Shown piece after piece: positions 41,221 through 56,108 of a stretch of DNA of 64,000 nt. The stretch spans positions 75,702,001 through 75,766,000 of the forward strand of contig OX597824.1 of NCBI GenBank assembly GCA_951406725.2, in the 5' to 3' direction. Every line of letters starts with the position of its first letter. The stretch's first letter is position 1. The notes below the pieces were generated by a model. It had not been told where the DNA came from. It ran no database searches and worked only from the letters and a program-made list of their open reading frames with translations. The position numbers were made by a program, and so were the translations under genes. This DNA is from Octopus vulgaris. Lineage: Eukaryota.

Positions 41221-41520
41221 ATAAAGGGTGGAATATAATTAATTTAATAAAATTAATCAATTTCACCTAGTAGATTTATCGGTATGGAAAAGACCATATT
41301 TGGTAAGGGTTATAATAATTATAATTATGGGTTAATTGCAACAAGTTGCTCAAGTTGGGATTTCGTTATTTTCTGCCTTTTTTGCCTTATACAGCTTACA
41401 AATTCTGTTTGTTTGTGGAGACTTTTTATTAGTAGAGGAAATAGAGATCAATTTTGGCTGCTATTTCTAATATTTTCGGTATGTGGTTTTGAGCAACTTG
41501 TTGCAATTAACCCTTAATTA

Positions 41521-41578
<58 letters not shown>

Positions 41579-41680
41579 CGTATGTATGTATGTATGTATG
41601 TATGTATGTATGTATGTATGTATGTATGTATGTATGTATGTATGTGTGTATATATATGTACATATATATGTATGTATGTA

Positions 41681-41716
<36 letters not shown>

Positions 41717-41889
41717 TGTATGTATGTATGCATGTATGTATACACACACACACCAACACTCACCAAAACGACCCTACAGTTCCACTCAAAACAGACCGAC
41801 AACAACAAATATCAACCACACTCAAAGTTACATTCCTTTTTTAGCACAATGACAAAAATATGAGGACACATGTTGGCCCCCACTACACG

Positions 41890-41995
41890 AGAAACCAAAG
41901 GTAATTAACCTTTCAAAAAAAAACATTAACTGACATCCAACTAGAAATTCTAAGTAAAGGACTGAAGTTTGTAACCACATCACAAAGACCAAACT
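41890..41995 (+). mobile_element. PLE N-terminal RT-flanking motif fragment
   Basis: KVINLSKK/TLTDIQLEILSKGLKFVTT (one frameshift) matches the PLE VxNLS…LT…LxKGLxF motif. Confidence 0.6.
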
Positions 41996-42027
41996 TCCCC
42001 GAACTGAAAACATTACCATGTACACTC

Positions 42028-42191
42028 AGGCGCAGGAGTGGCTGTGTGGTAAGTAGCTTGTTTACCAACCACATGGTTCCGGGTTCAGTCCCACTGCGTG
42101 GCACCTTGGGCAAGTGTCTTCTACTATAGCCTCGGGCCGACCAAAGCCTTGTGAGTGGATTTGGTAGACGGAAACTGAAAGAAGCCCGTCG

Positions 42192-42226
<35 letters not shown>

Positions 42227-42448
42227 TTGTGTGTGTCTGTTTTTGTTCCTCTAGCATTGCTTGACAACCGATGCTGGTGTGTTTATGTCCCTGTTACTTA
42301 GCGGTTCGGCAAAAGAGACCGATAGAATAAGTATTGGGCTTACAAAAGAATATGTCCCGGGGTCGAGTTGCTCGATTAAAGGCGGTGCCCCAGTATGGCC
42401 GCAGTCAAATGACTGAAACAAGTAAAAGAGTAAAAGAGAAAGAGTAAA
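42028..42448 (+). mobile_element. SINE family C
   Basis: Full length. Confidence 0.9.
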
Positions 42449-42598
42449 ACCACTAGTTAAAATCTAGTCCTGTATACATGATAGACAGAAAATCATATCC
42501 CTATGGAAATAGATAAGATTAGTAAGAAAAAGCATATATTAACCCTAAACACTAACAAAATTATTAAGCCTAGAAAAAAAAAAAAAAAATTAAATTAT

Positions 42599-42768
42599 AG
42601 GCGCAGGAGTGGCTGTGTGGTAAGTAGCTTGCTTACCAACCACATGGTTCCGGGTTTATTCCCACTGCGTGGCACCTTGGGCAAGTGTCTTTTACTATAG
42701 CTTCGGGTCGACCAAATCCTTGTACGTGGATTTGGTAGATGGAAACTGAAAGAAGCTCATCGTGTATG

Positions 42769-42862
<94 letters not shown>

Positions 42863-43063
42863 TGTGTTTGTCCTCCCAACATCGATTGACAACCGATGCT
42901 GGTGTGTTTACGCCCCCGTAACCTAGCGGTTCGGCAAAAGAGATCGATAGAATAAGTACTGGGCTTACAAAGAATAAGTCCTGGGGTTGATTTGGTCGAC
43001 ATGAGGCGGTGCTCCAGCATGGCCGCAGTCAAATGACTGAAACAAGTAAAAGAGTAAAAGAGT
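42599..43063 (+). mobile_element. SINE family C
   Basis: Full length, long internal microsatellite. Confidence 0.9.
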
Positions 43064-43557
43064 ATAAAATCAAATGGAAATTCTCTAAATTTAATTATAA
43101 ATAGAAATAGAAATGGGTCTAGTTTGTTTGGTAGCCAGCATTTCAAAAATTTAAATTTTTCGGAAATTTTAAAATTTGGTACGATAATATATTTTCCCAA
43201 GCTGAATTGCTAGAGTCATTTCACTTTTTCCAGAAAAATATTTTTAAAAAGTTATAGAGGTTTAAAGTTTGATTATTTTCACCCAGTCAGGAAACAGTAT
43301 TTGGAAGCTGTCATTTTGTGCGTGAATGCACATTTTGTCGTAAAGAACCGGAAAATAGCACGTTTTGTGAAGATAGAGTAAACAACACGTCTTTTGTAAA
43401 TTTAAGCATTGCGATAGCACGAAAAAGATTTATCCAAAAACGTTATTAGCTGTTATTTTTAGCACACCTCACAACCACCTCAATGACAAAAAGAAATCAG
43501 TAAACAACACATCTTTTGTAGTTTTAAGCATCCAACATGCATTTAATGCGACACTGT

Positions 43558-43939
43558 GGAGGCGCAATGGCCCAGTGGTTAGGGCAGCGGACTCGCGGTC
43601 GTAGGATCGCGGTTTCGATTCCCAGACCGGGCGTTGTGAGTGTTTATTGAGCGAAAACACCTAAAGCTCCACGAGGCTCTGGCAGGGGGTGGTGGTGATC
43701 CCTGCTGTACTCTTTCACCACAACTTTCTCTCACTCTTACTTCCTGTTTCTGTTGTACCTGTATTTCAAAGGGCCGGCCTTGTCACTCTCTGTGTCACGC
43801 TGAATATCCCCAAGAACTACGTTAAGGGTACACGTGTCTGTGGAGTGCTCAGCCACTTATACGTTAATTTCACGAGCAGGCTGTTCCGTTGATCGGATCA
43901 ACCGGAACCCTCGTCGTCGTAACCGACGGAGTGCTTCCA
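43558..43939 (+). mobile_element. SINE family A with TSD aatgcgaca
   Basis: Full length; inserted into a ~140-bp tandem repeat (43424-43553 and 43963-44084). Confidence 0.92.
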
Positions 43940-44478
43940 TCCAATGCGACAGTACGAGCTTGAAAGATTTATCTAAAAACGTTATTTAGCTGTTATTTTT
44001 AGCACACCTCACAACCACTTCATTGAGAAAAAGAAATGAGCAAGCAACATTTTGTAATTTGAGCATTCAACATGCATTTAATGCAAATGTGATAACATGT
44101 TATATGCGATAAACGCATTACAATTTTTCTCATGGTTTCAATGCAGACAGATTTGGAAGAATTAGATGAAAATTCTCCGGTAATTTCTTTCATGCAAATA
44201 AATGTTTATGTTAATTAAAAAATTTGCCAGTAAAATCTTATAAAATCACAATGTTCTAAAAAGATGTACATGTTTATTTGTTATATATGAAAATAAAAGA
44301 GTGAACATAATATACTTAAAAAACAAACATTTAAGCATGCAATAAGCATCACATTTACAAAATATTTCTGAAATTAAAAACGAAAGTTAGAAATGCTTTC
44401 AATCAATTTCTCAAATAAATCAGAATTTTCGTATCTCCTGTGCCACATAACTTCACAGAGATATGAATCTACCAAGAA

Positions 44479-44896
44479 CGGCGAGCTGGCAGAATCGTTA
44501 GCACGGCGGGCGAAATGCTTAGCGGTATTTCGTCTGCCGCTACGTTCTGAGTTCAAATTCCGTCGAGGTCGACTTTGCCTTTCATCCTTTCGGGGTCGAT
44601 AAATTAAGTACCAGTTACGCAATGGGGATCAATGTCATCGACTTAATCCCTTTGTCTATCCTTGTTTGTCCCCTCTGTGTTTAGCCCCTTGTGGGTAGTA
44701 AAGATATAGGTATTTCGTCTACCGCTACGTTCTGAGTTCAAATTCCGCCGAGGTCGACTTTCCCTTTCATCCTTTCGGAGTCGATACATTAAGTACCAGT
44801 TACGCACTGGAGTCGATGTAATCGACTTAATCCGTTTGTCTGTCCTTGTTTGTCCCCTCTATGTTTAGCCCCTTGTGGGCAATAAAGAAATAAGAA
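44479..44896 (+). mobile_element. Family D SINE dimer
   Basis: The second unit restarts at gtatttcgtct (44710). Confidence 0.9.
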
Positions 44897-45942
44897 CGGT
44901 GAATGCCACAGCGTCATTTATTATCTCGCTTCGCAGAGGCCCACGTACTCTCCACTTGTTGAGTGTGGGTACCATCTTTCTGGTTAACAAACCCAACGCT
45001 GTGGTTCACCGTTCTATGCTCAAAATTGTAACCATCAATTTCAGGAATGTGAGAGTACGCCTTCCACAAATCGCTGAAAATTGTGATTTCTGGAAGAATC
45101 AAGGGATCATCCGAATCGAGTGACGTATGCATTTTTCCAGTGTGTCACGATTCCGACGTGGCACCGCATACAGAAGAACCTGTCACGTCTCGCGACACTC
45201 TCCTCCGAAAACCCACTGCTCAAGTAGGACCCTTCTTCGGTTGTACTTACGTCTTGAAAAGACTGTTTCGTTGATCTCAACAATCTTCCGCTTACGGCCC
45301 ATCCCCAATTCTTCAATACAAAACCGGCCTGAAGTCAATTCCTTAACCCATGAGAAAAGGAAGAGTACTACAATCCTAAGAGGAAGGGTGCTACCTTCAA
45401 ACCATGTATCTTTCCTCGCAGACACAGACTCCATGTATTCTCAGCGCGAGCATCACCAGTACATGTTCCCATGACGTCTTTTTGTACAGATAACAAGCCT
45501 CTTCCTTTTCCATAATTTTCTTTTGGTCTTAACACCCGTTTCTTGAAGGTACGGCACAGCACCCTTCACTGTTTTCAGTGTCTTTATCATAGAAGCAAGA
45601 TTACAATAATCAAACAGTAAACATTTCCAACAAAATACAACTTGCCAACACATGTTTTCTCGCAGATAAAAGTGTTCTCAGTTCCATTTTTTACTATGGA
45701 AACAGACACTTGCTTTCTCGCAGACAAAATAGTTCTCATGTTCTGCTTGTTACTATGGGAACAGGCATGAATGTGTCTGTGCTTTACGATTGGCTAAAAT
45801 TACCAAATTTTTCAAACTTTAACTGCTAATTTTTATTTATTGATTTATAGCGAAAATGATTTTCACGTAATTCATTAGCCTATAAAGGTGTATCATTACA
45901 CTGAATATGAAATCAATTCGAACAGAATTGATGCTGGCAGCC
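44897..45942 (-). mobile_element. Merlin (IS1016/ISXO2-like) DNA transposon remnant
   Basis: KIVEINETVFSRRKYNRRR…QWVFGGECRET; IFSDLWKAY…EHRTVNHSVGFVN…THTQQVESTW; frameshifted; putative GG-initiated end (ggctgccagcatc) at 45942. Confidence 0.85.
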
Positions 45943-46747
45943 AAACGGACTAAATCCGTAGAAATAAAATAATTAGATTTGGGTACTAAAAAATAAATAA
46001 ATATATACAAATATATATATTCTATATTTTTTTTAACGTCGGCAAGTAGATAGAGAGTAAAAACAACATCCAGAGTCTAAAAACCAATATTAATTACTTT
46101 GGTGCATGGTAGTATTTGACCTAAATTCTTCAAATGGCAGCTAGCCACTGTCCTGCTATCGTCAAACTTTAAATTTTGGCTATTTTTAGAACAGGACTCC
46201 AAAGACAAATAACCTCACACACAAAGAAGACACATTCGACAATTAAGCTTAAACCATATATACCCCTGGTTGCGTTTTCGCAACGCAAAACCTGCTCTTA
46301 CTTGTTTGGACGTGAACTCGCCAGGAAGCATCTGACTGAACTTATGAAATGTTCATTGGGCAGTCGACAGCCGTAGCTAACAGTTGCATACTGTCCTTCC
46401 GTTCCAGATTATGAAAGCTTACCGTAATGTTTAACCTAAATACAGTGAAATTTTAAGTCACTATGGTATCTCACAAATTCAAGTAAGCATTGTAAGCATT
46501 GTATATCATGCTTAATTCAAGCTTTCTAATGTTTTGAACCTGATGACAATGGATCCTTTTACTCACAACTAAAACATCTGTTAGTTTGACCTACTTGAAG
46601 TAGTTTAAATAAAGGGTAAGAAAATATTTTTTCGGTGAATCATAAACGCAACGATGGGCACCCTACCTTTGCAGGGTGTTGTGTTATCGCAACGGCATGC
46701 ACGTAACTCTAGGCTGCGGATGGCATTATATATATATATATATATAA

Positions 46748-47067
46748 ACCAGCTTAGAGAAGAAGAAGAAACGAAACGAAACGAATCGAATCGAATCGAC
46801 ACGAGGGCGCTCAGTCATACAATAGTGTAATAAATAAAATATATGCATACATACAAACATACATGTACGTACCTACATCTACATGTATATATACATGCAT
46901 ATATAAATATATATATGTGTGTACAGGACACCACAAATAGACGTAGAACTCAACGAGAAACGAAAAAGTAAAAACAGCATGGAACGGACCATTTTTTTAA
47001 CAACGAAAAAACAGAGTACAAGACAACTACACAAGGAAAAATCCCCTTCATCAGCTGTCCCTAGTTC
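46748..47067 (-). mobile_element. Family H-B repeat, truncated within the ribozyme-like motif
   Basis: Reverse complement begins gaactagggacagCTGATGAagggg and continues colinear with 37570-37800. Confidence 0.8.
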
Positions 47068-47087
47068 ATATATATTTTCATATATAT

Positions 47088-47124
<37 letters not shown>

Positions 47125-47127
<3 letters not shown>

Positions 47128-47275
47128 CAAAATGGGACAAGAACGCAAAAGCATCCGGACAACTAGGTGATACAAAAAGGGACAATAAAACATCCAGATA
47201 GACGATACAAAAAACACGGGTCATTCGAAGCCTTTTATCTTCAGGCAAGAACCGGATCATCCTCGCAATTTCGGA
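47125..47275 (-). mobile_element. Family H-A repeat, truncated
   Basis: Reverse complement: ccGAAAttgcgaggatgatccggttcttgcCTGAAGAtaaaaggcttc…. Confidence 0.75.
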
Positions 47276-47411
47276 TATATATATATATAGTGTACATTTA
47301 AACACAAAGAGAAATTACCTATAACAGGTTTTATATTGAATAATATGTCGTCTATTGACTTTTTATACATGCTAGGCCACTGGTAGTGAAATTTGTAAAA
47401 ATTTAATACCC

Positions 47412-47453
<42 letters not shown>

Positions 47454-47699
47454 AGAGTATTGTAGTTCACTTGAAGCATTATGTATTGTTTGTAAAGAAT
47501 AGGGCTATATACCTGTTGTAATTTAGTCATCCATAGTCTGATATGATATTTCGGAATAATATTCCTTCTTCAGATATTCTTTTATGAAGTTGCCGAGGTA
47601 TGTCAACAATAGAAGGCCTGTAGGTGTAACTTGTGACTTCTTTTATCCTCCGCATTCCAATGCCTGGTCTTATATATAATTATTTTGTATAAGAAACTT

Positions 47700-48270
47700 C
47701 ATTGAATGTACTGGAAGAACTCGAGAAGCCCATGCCATACAATGACGATGAAGAAGAGAGGAGTTGACCAATGAATCAGAAAAACATACAGTGATCTACA
47801 TTACACTACCAGGAGACAGGGATGTCACAGATGGAGATTCAGGTGAAGAAGATCTAGTTGAAATTAGAAATCTAGGCACTGGGGAACATTTTCTAGAAAA
47901 AGATTCTGGAATTTTATTGGCAATGTGGAATGATAATGGTGTCGTTATCGTTGGGTCTAATCAGTTTGGTGTGCATCCTATAAAGCAAGTTCAGCCCTGG
48001 TCAGTCGCAGAATGTAAACACGTTTTGATACCAATGCCTTCAGTAATTGGAAAATCACCCAAGAATCCAAGAAGACAACAAATGCATGTTGCATCTAGAG
48101 CAAGTATCGACGAGGAAAGATATGACAACATTGGTCAAAGAGTGAACCAGAAAACCGTCGAAGATGTAGGCAATGCAGGAGACAAACTGTATACATGTAC
48201 AAATTTCCTATGCATGTCAAGCGTGCCTCTGATTATCACAGAATCCAGTTTTAGTGAGTAAAGTTTTGGG
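47700..48270 (+). mobile_element. piggyBac (PGBD3-like) internally deleted transposase remnant
   Basis: IYITLPG…TDGDSGEED (N-terminal acidic motif); WNDNGVVIVGSNQFGVHP…PWS…IPMPSVI; ERYDNIGQ. Confidence 0.7.
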
Positions 48271-48479
48271 GGAAAGTGCTGCGATTCATCTTATATCACG
48301 TAATAACAGAAAAAAAGTTGTCAGATTTAGTCTATTGCGTAATAACAGAAAAGGAAAAGGTTAGATTTGAACAGAATATCTATTATGTTTTGTGATATTA
48401 TGCTGTTAGAATGATAGATAATTGTGGCTTCAAAGTATAATCTTCATAAAGGTTTCAATCTGTTCTAAATTCTTTTTTC

Positions 48480-48888
48480 GTTTACTGTTTTACTGTTTAA
48501 CTTGTTTCAGTCATTTGACTGTGGCCATGCTGGAGCACCGCCTTTAGTTGAACAAATCGATCCCAGGACTTATTTTTTGTAAGCGTAGTACTTATTCTAT
48601 CAATCTCTTTGCCGAACCGCTAAGTTACGGGGACGGAAACACACCAGCATCGGTTGTCAAGCGATGTTGGGAGGAAAAAACACAGACACACAAACATATA
48701 CACACACACATACACACATATATTTGACGGGCTTCTTTCAGTTTCCGTCTACCAAATCCACTCACAAGGCTTCTGTCGGCCCGAGGCTATAGTAGAAGAC
48801 ACTTGCCCAAGGCGCCACGCGGTGGGACTGAACCCGGAACCATGTGGTTGGTAAGCAAGCTACTTACCACACAGCCACTCCGGCGCGT
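48480..48888 (-). mobile_element. SINE family C
   Basis: Full-length antisense copy. Confidence 0.9.
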
Positions 48889-49902
48889 TTATTTTAATTT
48901 TCATTATTTCAAATATTCAGTCATTCTTATCTAATCTCAATGTATACTTTAAATTTCATTAATTCAAATATTTTCCCTAAAAATAGAAAGAATGAGTGCA
49001 AATTGCTTCAATTTTATTTGAATTAGCAAACATATTTTCGATGGTGTAAGATTTTTTGTATAACACATTATGTGACATATGAACCACCGTTGCGCTAACG
49101 AAACATGTACTGGTGCTGGTGTGCCCATCATTGCGTTAATGCAACGCGCCTAAATGGATAAATTAGTAAAAAATCAAGCGGTATGTATTATTAAACATAA
49201 TATCTATATCAAAGTCACATAAACACTAAAGCGTTTAATGATCATTCAACCAGAAATTTAATAGTTCAACTTTAACAATACTGGTCTATCTGACTAACAT
49301 GTCAAACGGTTCAGAAATTGAACAAAGCAAAATTTATTTCGTAGATGCAGGCATAGATTAGTGGTAAGAAGTGTTTTTCCTAACTTATTTGCTTCGGCTC
49401 CAGTCTCACGGCGTAGCGCCTTGGATATTTTAATACTTTTGTGATAACCAGTACTTAACACAACAAAGCTTGTACAAAGCTTTACATTTTACTTTTGACA
49501 ATCTTTTTCTAAAAATGCGAAACTGGTCAAGTGAATAAACATCTTTAAAATTGCATTTTCAAACCTTCTTTCATATATATATATATTCACTCGTGCGGTG
49601 CCTTACCACTTTACTTTATTATATATGTGTGTATATAGATAGATATGGATATATATATAGAGAGAGAGAGGAAGAAAGAAAGCGAGAGTGTGTATGGGTA
49701 TTTATCAATTAAACATTTTCTCCATTTTTATTCATGTTTTATATATGTGTGTGTGTGTGTATCTGTATATATGTATATACATACACTAGTACGTACATAC
49801 ATATACATATATATATTATATATATATTTATTTATTTATGTTTATATTTATATCTATATATATGTGTGTGTGTATGTATGCATGTATGTATGTATATATA
49901 TA

Positions 49903-50105
49903 GGGAGAGTTTACGAAAAAAACAAAAGACGAAGACAGGTGGTGTACAAAATAAACAGATGTATTAGTATAACGCTCAGGAATAGAAAAGGTCTTTTACG
50001 TTTCGAGCCTACGCTCTTCTACAGAAAGGGACACAGAAAAAACAAGGAGAGAAACAAGGAGAAAAAAAAATGTGTGTAGTGGCTAACAATCTATCATGGC
50101 GTCTG

Positions 50106-50106
<1 letters not shown>
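49903..50106 (-). mobile_element. (TA)n-embedded pLTR-like repeat with a minimal hammerhead-like motif (49993-50028)
   Basis: Reverse complement …ctgtagaa-gagc-gtag-gctc-GAAA-cg-TA-aaag; inverted partial copy at 50690-50773. Confidence 0.55.
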
Positions 50107-50165
<59 letters not shown>

Positions 50166-50167
<2 letters not shown>

Positions 50168-50327
50168 GACGGGCTTCTTTCAATTTTCGTCTATCAGATC
50201 CACTCACAAGGCTTTGCTGGCCCGGAGTTGTAGTAGAAGGCACTTCTCCAAGGTGCCACGCAGTGTGACTGAACCCGGAACCATGTGGTTGGGAAGCAAG
50301 CTTCTTAACACACAGCCACTCCCGCAC
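50166..50327 (-). mobile_element. SINE family C 5' half
   Basis: Head through to the internal microsatellite. Confidence 0.8.
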
Positions 50328-50641
50328 CGTATATTTACTGATTTTTCTGTTTTCACCACTACTTTCAAACATATGGTAAAAATACATTTCACCGAGGAAG
50401 TCCGAACGAGGTAGAAACATATTCGAAATTGTCTGCCCAAATAAAAATTTGACATAACATTTAAAATAATAGTATTTCATTCATTAATATGGTTCCTGTT
50501 CCTCGCAGAGTAATACTTTGTAGTTTATTTAATTATTATATAAATGCAGAGATTTATCACTGGAAACTATTTTCGTTTTAGTATATACTCAATTTTATTA
50601 AAATATAGCGCTCTCCCCACCTCTCTCTCTCTTCCTACTTG

Positions 50642-50689
<48 letters not shown>

Positions 50690-50770
50690 TCACTTCCCGA
50701 GCGTTAAACTAATACATCTGTTTGTTGTCTACACCACCTGTCTTCGTCTTTTATTTTTTTGTGAATTCTC

Positions 50771-50822
<52 letters not shown>

Positions 50823-50836
50823 GATATATATGCATA

Positions 50837-50893
<57 letters not shown>

Positions 50894-50906
50894 ATATATA
50901 TGTATG

Positions 50907-50939
<33 letters not shown>

Positions 50940-50985
50940 GTATATATGTATATATAAATATATACATATATACATATATATATTA

Positions 50986-51031
<46 letters not shown>

Positions 51032-51623
51032 TTTACGTGGAAATATACGTACATATGTATGTATGTACGTATGTATGTATGCATGAAGTAATAAATCTAG
51101 TGGAATATATAACAAATAGAACTGAAAGAAATCATTCAAATTGTGCCATTAATGCATTAAAATTTGTTTTCAAATTTCAATAATATTCATTTATATTATA
51201 ATGTTTATAATTAAAATTTGCAAAATGGCATGAGTGTAATTTGAAAATCTATAAACTTTTTTTACATCATAATGTTTTGCGATATAAACTTATTGTAAAT
51301 ATAAATTGATTTTAAAAAATGACGACCGAAAATAATTTCAATTTAAGCAATATCATTAAAAAAAAGTTCAAAATAGACATTTTGGATTATTTGCTTCTGC
51401 TTTGTTTGCAATGAAAACATAACAATAATTATATTTCAAATTGCAAAAAAAAAAAAAAGAAAATTATTATTATAATAATGAAAATAAACCGTATTTATTT
51501 TTATTTTTACTGGAAATTCTAAAATCTGTGTTAGGCGAAATATCGGAGTTTAAATCTAACTGTCAATATTCTCTTTTTATTTAAATCGTAAATTCTTTGA
51601 AATCTACTGCATATCTTGTCTGG

Positions 51624-51692
<69 letters not shown>

Positions 51693-51764
51693 TATATATA
51701 TATATGCATATATATACACATATATATGTATGTATCTATGATTGTATGTATGCATGTATATCAT

Positions 51765-52180
<416 letters not shown>

Positions 52181-52559
52181 AGGTTGATCGGTTTAAATTT
52201 AATTGTTAATTATTTTAAAACTGTATCCAGCTTCCATTTTATTGTAAAGTATTGAAAATAAATATGCAATGAGTTACCTTTATAGTAAATAATAAATATA
52301 TTTAGCAGTGTGTGTGTGTGTGTGCGTGTAAATGCACCCATGTGTTCATATATCGATAAACAGACGTGTTTTATATGCATATTAACAACGTATAATGACT
52401 GAATTTGCGAAGAGTCTAATATTCATTATTTTTTTTTTTTACTGCTTGTCAATGACAAACATTTGGATTTTCAAGCATCTTAGATAAGCCACACACGCAG
52501 TGAAACTTTGTAAGATGTTTCCGCCTATTGTGTTATAATTGAGACGCCACAAATGAACA

Positions 52560-53290
52560 TAAAACTAAAAACAAGAGAAAGAAATATTATTTTAGCTTAA
52601 TATCCCTCTCAGCCTAAACGTAGCAACAAATATAGTACAAAAATTCCTTTCTCTAATTAACGAACACATACTAACAGAATATAATTGTCAGAGTATTCAC
52701 TAGGCGCAATATAAAAGTTAGCTACAGCTGCACAAAAGTATGAAACATTACCATGCAATCATTAAACAACAACATACCGAAGATCTCGCAACACAGACAG
52801 CTGAAAGCTCATACAATTTTGTCAGAGCAACGACATGCCCGTTACATAAAAACTGCCTGCAAACATAGTCTACAGAACTTCAATAAAACAAGATGAACCG
52901 AAAAAGCTACATCATCGCTACTAGCGGAACTTTTGAAGACTGATATACACAAGTCACACACAAACACACACATACACACACATGCACACAAAAGCACACA
53001 CATACAAACACAAATTTTCCAGAATATATAGGAAAAACCGCTACGTCCTGCCTAAATGTATCTGGAAGTTAAAAGAAAACAACCCCAAATATAAGAATTA
53101 CTATAAGAATGACTTGCGCACTATTTTACATAAATGGTTCCGGAATCTGTTTTCTGTGCGCCACAGGAACATACCATATATTTGCGCAAAACATATACCA
53201 ACTAAACAAAAAGAATGAAATAATGTTACGCTGCAGACGTGACATTATCTTCAAAATATGGTCTAAATTCCAAACAGGAGAAAGCAACTA
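52560..53290 (+). mobile_element. PLE (Naiad-type) C-terminal remnant
   Basis: RERNII…NVATNIVQKFLSLINEH; IKVSYSC; TCPLHKNCL; CIWKLKEN; YINGSGICFLC…LNKKNEIMLRCR. Confidence 0.75.
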
Positions 53291-55430
53291 AGAAACCCTC
53301 CTTCCTCACAAGTAAATTGGTATCCAGAAACGGCCAAACCAAGTTAAACCTGGCGTAGTACACACGTACATACACAAACACAAATCTGAAACAAACGTTA
53401 GTTAAATCCCGCACACGAAAAAAATACTCCGTGTGAAAGACATACATAACAGAAACAAGTATTAAACAAATCAGATTTATTGATATCTTCAGTCTACGCT
53501 AAAGGTTAAACGTATTTAATGCTTGTGCTTTACACGTCTTCTTCGTTGTCAAATGCTCTCTAACAGTCACAGTTAATAGGAAAAGATCTTATTCAATTTT
53601 TATAATTCTCACAGTATTGTATGTTATTAGATTCACCGCAGGGCACATTATGGGAAATTTCCATTGCAATTTTTAAAGAAGAAAACGTTGTCAGTAATCT
53701 CTATAGAAATGGTTATATTTTTCTGCTAATACGTGGAATTGATAATTCCTGTCAAACTGTTTTCACCATGATACTAGCATATTCTGCTTAATGTATACAC
53801 AAGAAAGCTCATGTATCACACCTTTTGTCGCCTAAGTATCGAAAACAAGTTACTTCATGTAGTGACTCACAAAAACTTGCATTTGAACACACACACACAC
53901 ACACACACACATACACATGCACCCACGCACGCACATACATGCACACACATATATGTATGTATGCATGTATGTGTGTGTGTACAAATACACGCGCAGACAC
54001 ATGTACGTTTTTACGCATTCATGTATATAAATGTGCTTGTATATCTATACATATGTATGTATGCATGTAGGTGTATGTGTGTGTGTGTCTGTATATACAC
54101 ACACATATATGTATGCATGTATGTGTGTGTGTACAAATACACGCGCAGACACATGTACGTTTTTACGCATTCATGTATGTGTGTGTGTGTCTGTACATAC
54201 ACACACATATATGTATGTATGCATGTAGGTGTATGTGTGTGTGTGTCTGTATATACATGAGTATGTTTTAATACGTGTCAATTTATATAGCCACATTCAC
54301 AGATACACACACACACACATGTATGCATACATAAGTCTAAATGTGTGTGCGCGCGAGCGTGTGTCTACATATATATATGTATATATACATACATATACAC
54401 ATATCATCCAACATGGAGATGAGTACCAACGTTCTATGTGGTGGGCTTGATAATTGCTGAGAATTCTCGGCATGAAACCAACGGCAGCCTTGTTAACCAA
54501 CAAATAAAGAATATTTATCCACCAACGCGATGTTGAGCACTCATTCACATTGTTCAATCATTTGGATTGGTGACAATTTGAGACAAAGAGCAAGAGAGAG
54601 AAAGAAAAAATGAAAAAGAGACAAGCAAGACTGAAAGGCAAAGAGTGACTAAGAGATCTTGAGAGATACAGAAACAATTACAATGTAAAGGGAAGGAGAA
54701 ACGAGTGAAAGAAAAGAAGAATGAAAGAGTGAATGACTAAATGAATGGAAAGGATGTGGGTTAGTGGTAGACAAAGCCATTTCTAGGCATCGAGCATAAA
54801 TGAAGAAGAAAACAAACAAGAGGTGACACTCGTAAGATGTTATCTGTCAAACATATTATATATATATATACAATTGTCTTCTGTCACCTGTCAAACGAGT
54901 TTTCTTCGCAATGCTATCTTTTGTTTATGGAATATCTGCATAAAACCCTGAACGCATAAGCATGCAAACCCATAGACACAGACGCATATAGATTCATATA
55001 TATATATATATAGATACACACACATATATATACACGCATATATATATATATGTGTGTATGTGTGTATATGTATGTATATATAGCTGGAGCGTGTATCTAT
55101 TCATGTATGTACTTATGTATGTATACATGCATATATGCATATATACGTACGTGTGCACGTACATAAATACAGACGCATATAAGAATTCAGACATTCATAT
55201 ATGTGTGTAGATCTGTAAATGTGTGTGTATGCGTGTGTACATATATGCTTATTTATGTTTGTGTATATGTTTGTATTTATATATATATATATCCATAAGT
55301 AATAACGTTTACTTATATATATATACATATATGTGTATGCATATTTATGCGTGTGTATTTGTGTGTGCATGCATAAATTGCGTATACACTCACACACGTA
55401 CGTACGCATGTATATATGTGTATGTGTGTG

Positions 55431-55481
<51 letters not shown>

Positions 55482-55669
55482 AGGTTTAGATATATATATA
55501 TATATATATATACATATATAAATATGTATATATACATATACACACGTACTTATATATACATGTAGATAAGTAAAAATATGCATACACTCACATATATATA
55601 TGTATATATATATATGCGTGTGTGTGTGTATATATATATGTGTGTGTATATATATATATATATATATGC

Positions 55670-55702
<33 letters not shown>

Positions 55703-55801
55703 GACGTATATGAACACGTACATACATACATATGTAGAGATATACACACACATTTATATACATGCATGCGTAAAACATACATGTGTCTGCACGTGTATTT
55801 G

Positions 55802-55832
<31 letters not shown>

Positions 55833-56068
55833 TTGCGCTCTCTAGTACACGAAAATCGCTTGTGATATGTTGATATATGAAAGAGAGCCTTGTCAGTTTT
55901 CTTTAACGACTGGATAGGACTTTATGATGTTACAACAGAACTTCAGTAAATCATTAGAACAACCATTTACAAGATGTAATAAAGAACTCACGTTTTTATA
56001 GATACGTCAACATATGTTGGCCACGCGTGCAAGAAAACATATGCATGTATGTATTCTTATGCTTGTAT

Positions 56069-56107
<39 letters not shown>

Positions 56108-56108
<1 letters not shown>

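Noticed and set aside
46249-49162. Possible piggyBac termini (gttgcg…gcaacg motifs at about 46267, 46645 and 49121)
   Set aside because: Could not define matching TIRs with TTAA TSDs by eye
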